Origin: an uncultured Solirubrobacterales bacterium
GTDB lineage: Bacteria; Actinomycetota; Thermoleophilia; Solirubrobacterales; 70-9
NCBI GenBank assembly: GCA_963774395.1
Contig: CAVZET010000006.1
Span: 431,148-495,147 of the forward strand
DNA length: 64,000 bases
Direction of reading: 5' to 3'
In this document: in pieces, positions 63,005 through 64,000 of the stretch
How the letters are laid out: every line of letters begins with the position of its first letter
Numbering within the stretch: position 1 is the first letter of the stretch
Position numbers and translations under genes: made by a program
The notes under the pieces: model-generated
Databases searched by the model: none
What the model saw: only the letters and a program-made list of their open reading frames with translations
What the model was told of the DNA's origin: nothing

Positions 63005-63469
63005 GTGGAAAAGGCAACGCGAAGAGGCAACTACGAGTCGGGCTCCGACTACGTTCTCGAGTACGGGGAGCTCCGCTTCGCGTTCAACGAGCAGGACTTC
63101 TCACAGCGAGTCGAGCAGGCCGCCGTGAAGCTCAACTTCCTTCAGCCCGGGCTGGCGGACGAGGAAATGCACGACCTCGTCGAGCTCGCCGTCAACGGCG
63201 AGATCCGCGAGGCAGCTTCGGCGCTCGGCGAGCATGTCAACGAGAACTGGGGCGAGCTGGTCGACGGCTCCAACCGCAGCCTCGTGCACTGGATCCGGCG
63301 CCTCGTGTTCCGCGGCGCCTGGCTCGATCAGCGGGTCAAGGAGGGCGAGCTCGACATCGCCTTCGATCCCGACACGAGCACCTTCGGCTACATCCAGCCC
63401 GATCGCGACTCCGAGCCGATCGAGCTCAGCCGCGAGCCTTCCTGGGCCGCGCTGGCGTACCAGTCGTAG
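63005..63469 (+). CDS. acidic hypothetical protein (about 154 aa)
   Basis: Protein-like tail of ORF 61802..63469 (NYESGSDYVLEYGELRFAFNEQDFSQRVEQAAVKLNFLQPGLADEEMHDLVELAVNGE...). In-frame GTG at 63005, 10 nt after GGGAGG. I recognise no family. Confidence 0.5.
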   Translation: MEKATRRGNYESGSDYVLEYGELRFAFNEQDFSQRVEQAAVKLNFLQPGLADEEMHDLVELAVNGEIREAASALGEHVNENWGELVDGSNRSLVHWIRRLVFRGAWLDQRVKEGELDIAFDPDTSTFGYIQPDRDSEPIELSREPSWAALAYQS

Positions 63470-63475
63470 CCGGAG

Positions 63476-64000
63476 CTACTTCGACTCGGCGGCGAGCTTC
63501 TCGGCGGCCTCGCGAGCGTCGAGCCGCGCCAGCTGGGCGCGCAGCTCGCGGGCCGCGGCGAGCTCCTTCTCCTCGAGCAGCTGCTCCTCGCCGGTGACCC
63601 GCGCCGTTCCCACGTCGAGCGCCGGGTAGACGCCGGCAGCGGCGAGCTCCCGGCTCAGCTTCAGGCTCACGTTCTCGGTCGTCCGCAGCGCCGCGGCGAC
63701 GCCGTCGTCGGTGTCGGTGAGCACGGTCGCGATCACGGTCAGCGAGCCGGCGTCCTCGGAGACGGTCTCACGCCCGGCGGCGAAGATGGGCTTGGCGGCT
63801 CCGGGATCGTCGGCGGCGACAGCAAGACGCGAGAGCGAGTCGATCAGGACGACGACGTCCTCCCCGCCCTCGACACGGCGCTTGGCCTGCGAGAGGGCGA
63901 GCTCGACGAGCCGCAGCTGCTCCTTCGGGCGCATGTCGGCGGTAGCGATCGCCAGCTCGGCGTCCGGAAGCGCCTCGCGCCACGCCGGCGCCTCCTCGGG
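63476..64000 (-). CDS. rho: Rho-family transcription termination factor homolog, C-terminal part (5' end outside window)
   Basis: PEEAPAW...QLRLVELALSQAKRRVEGGEDVVVLIDSLSRLA...GSLTVIATVLTDTDD...SLKLSRELAAAGVYPALDVGTARVTGEEQLL is colinear with Rho (ERPEEV...VIILLDSITRLA...GSLTIIATALIDTGS...ELHLSR...FPAIDYNRSGTRKEELL). Confidence 0.7.
   Translation of the reverse strand, partial: PEEAPAWREALPDAELAIATADMRPKEQLRLVELALSQAKRRVEGGEDVVVLIDSLSRLAVAADDPGAAKPIFAAGRETVSEDAGSLTVIATVLTDTDDGVAAALRTTENVSLKLSRELAAAGVYPALDVGTARVTGEEQLLEEKELAAARELRAQLARLDAREAAEKLAAESK

Overview
High-GC (roughly 70%) chromosomal core region of an Actinomycetota-like bacterium; I cannot assign a genus. Almost all genes are on the minus strand and many are joined by overlapping stop/start codons (ATGA, GTGA, TGATG). 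In window order: a DUF3352-like gene, der, cmk, an aromatic amino-acid block (aroA, tyrA, DAHP synthase, hisC, aroH), rluB, an ACT-domain gene, scpB/scpA, an ABC-2 exporter, three tandem clan GH-A glycoside hydrolase paralogs, trpS, an MFS transporter, a DJ-1/PfpI gene with a GlxA/AraC regulator, a PotABCD-like importer, FetAB, an NHEJ cluster (ligase, Ku, LigD-type polymerase domain), an APC permease, the glycine cleavage operon (gcvT-H-PA-PB), a complete dcw cluster (mraZ to ftsZ), and an accessory end. That end holds two hypothetical genes and one tight minus-strand gene string: His-rich secreted peptide, DUF192, response regulator, histidine kinase, CpaB, CpaF, TadB, TadC, and an AbrB-type antitoxin with a RelE/ParE-like toxin. 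A Rho-like gene follows at the edge. No rRNA, tRNA, CRISPR array, transposase or integrase was seen. Major caveat: most genes, including essential ones, are broken by 1-2 nt frame disruptions, so many coordinates join ORF fragments by eye. Most worth a second look: a 91-bp tandem repeat carrying 39-nt hairpins in the gcvT leader, with another copy at 22.1 kb; a 650-bp repeat-rich non-coding insert between mraY and murD; a polymerase-domain ORF with no start codon abutting Ku; the regulator-coupled Tad-like operon; and the His/Lys-repeat peptide.
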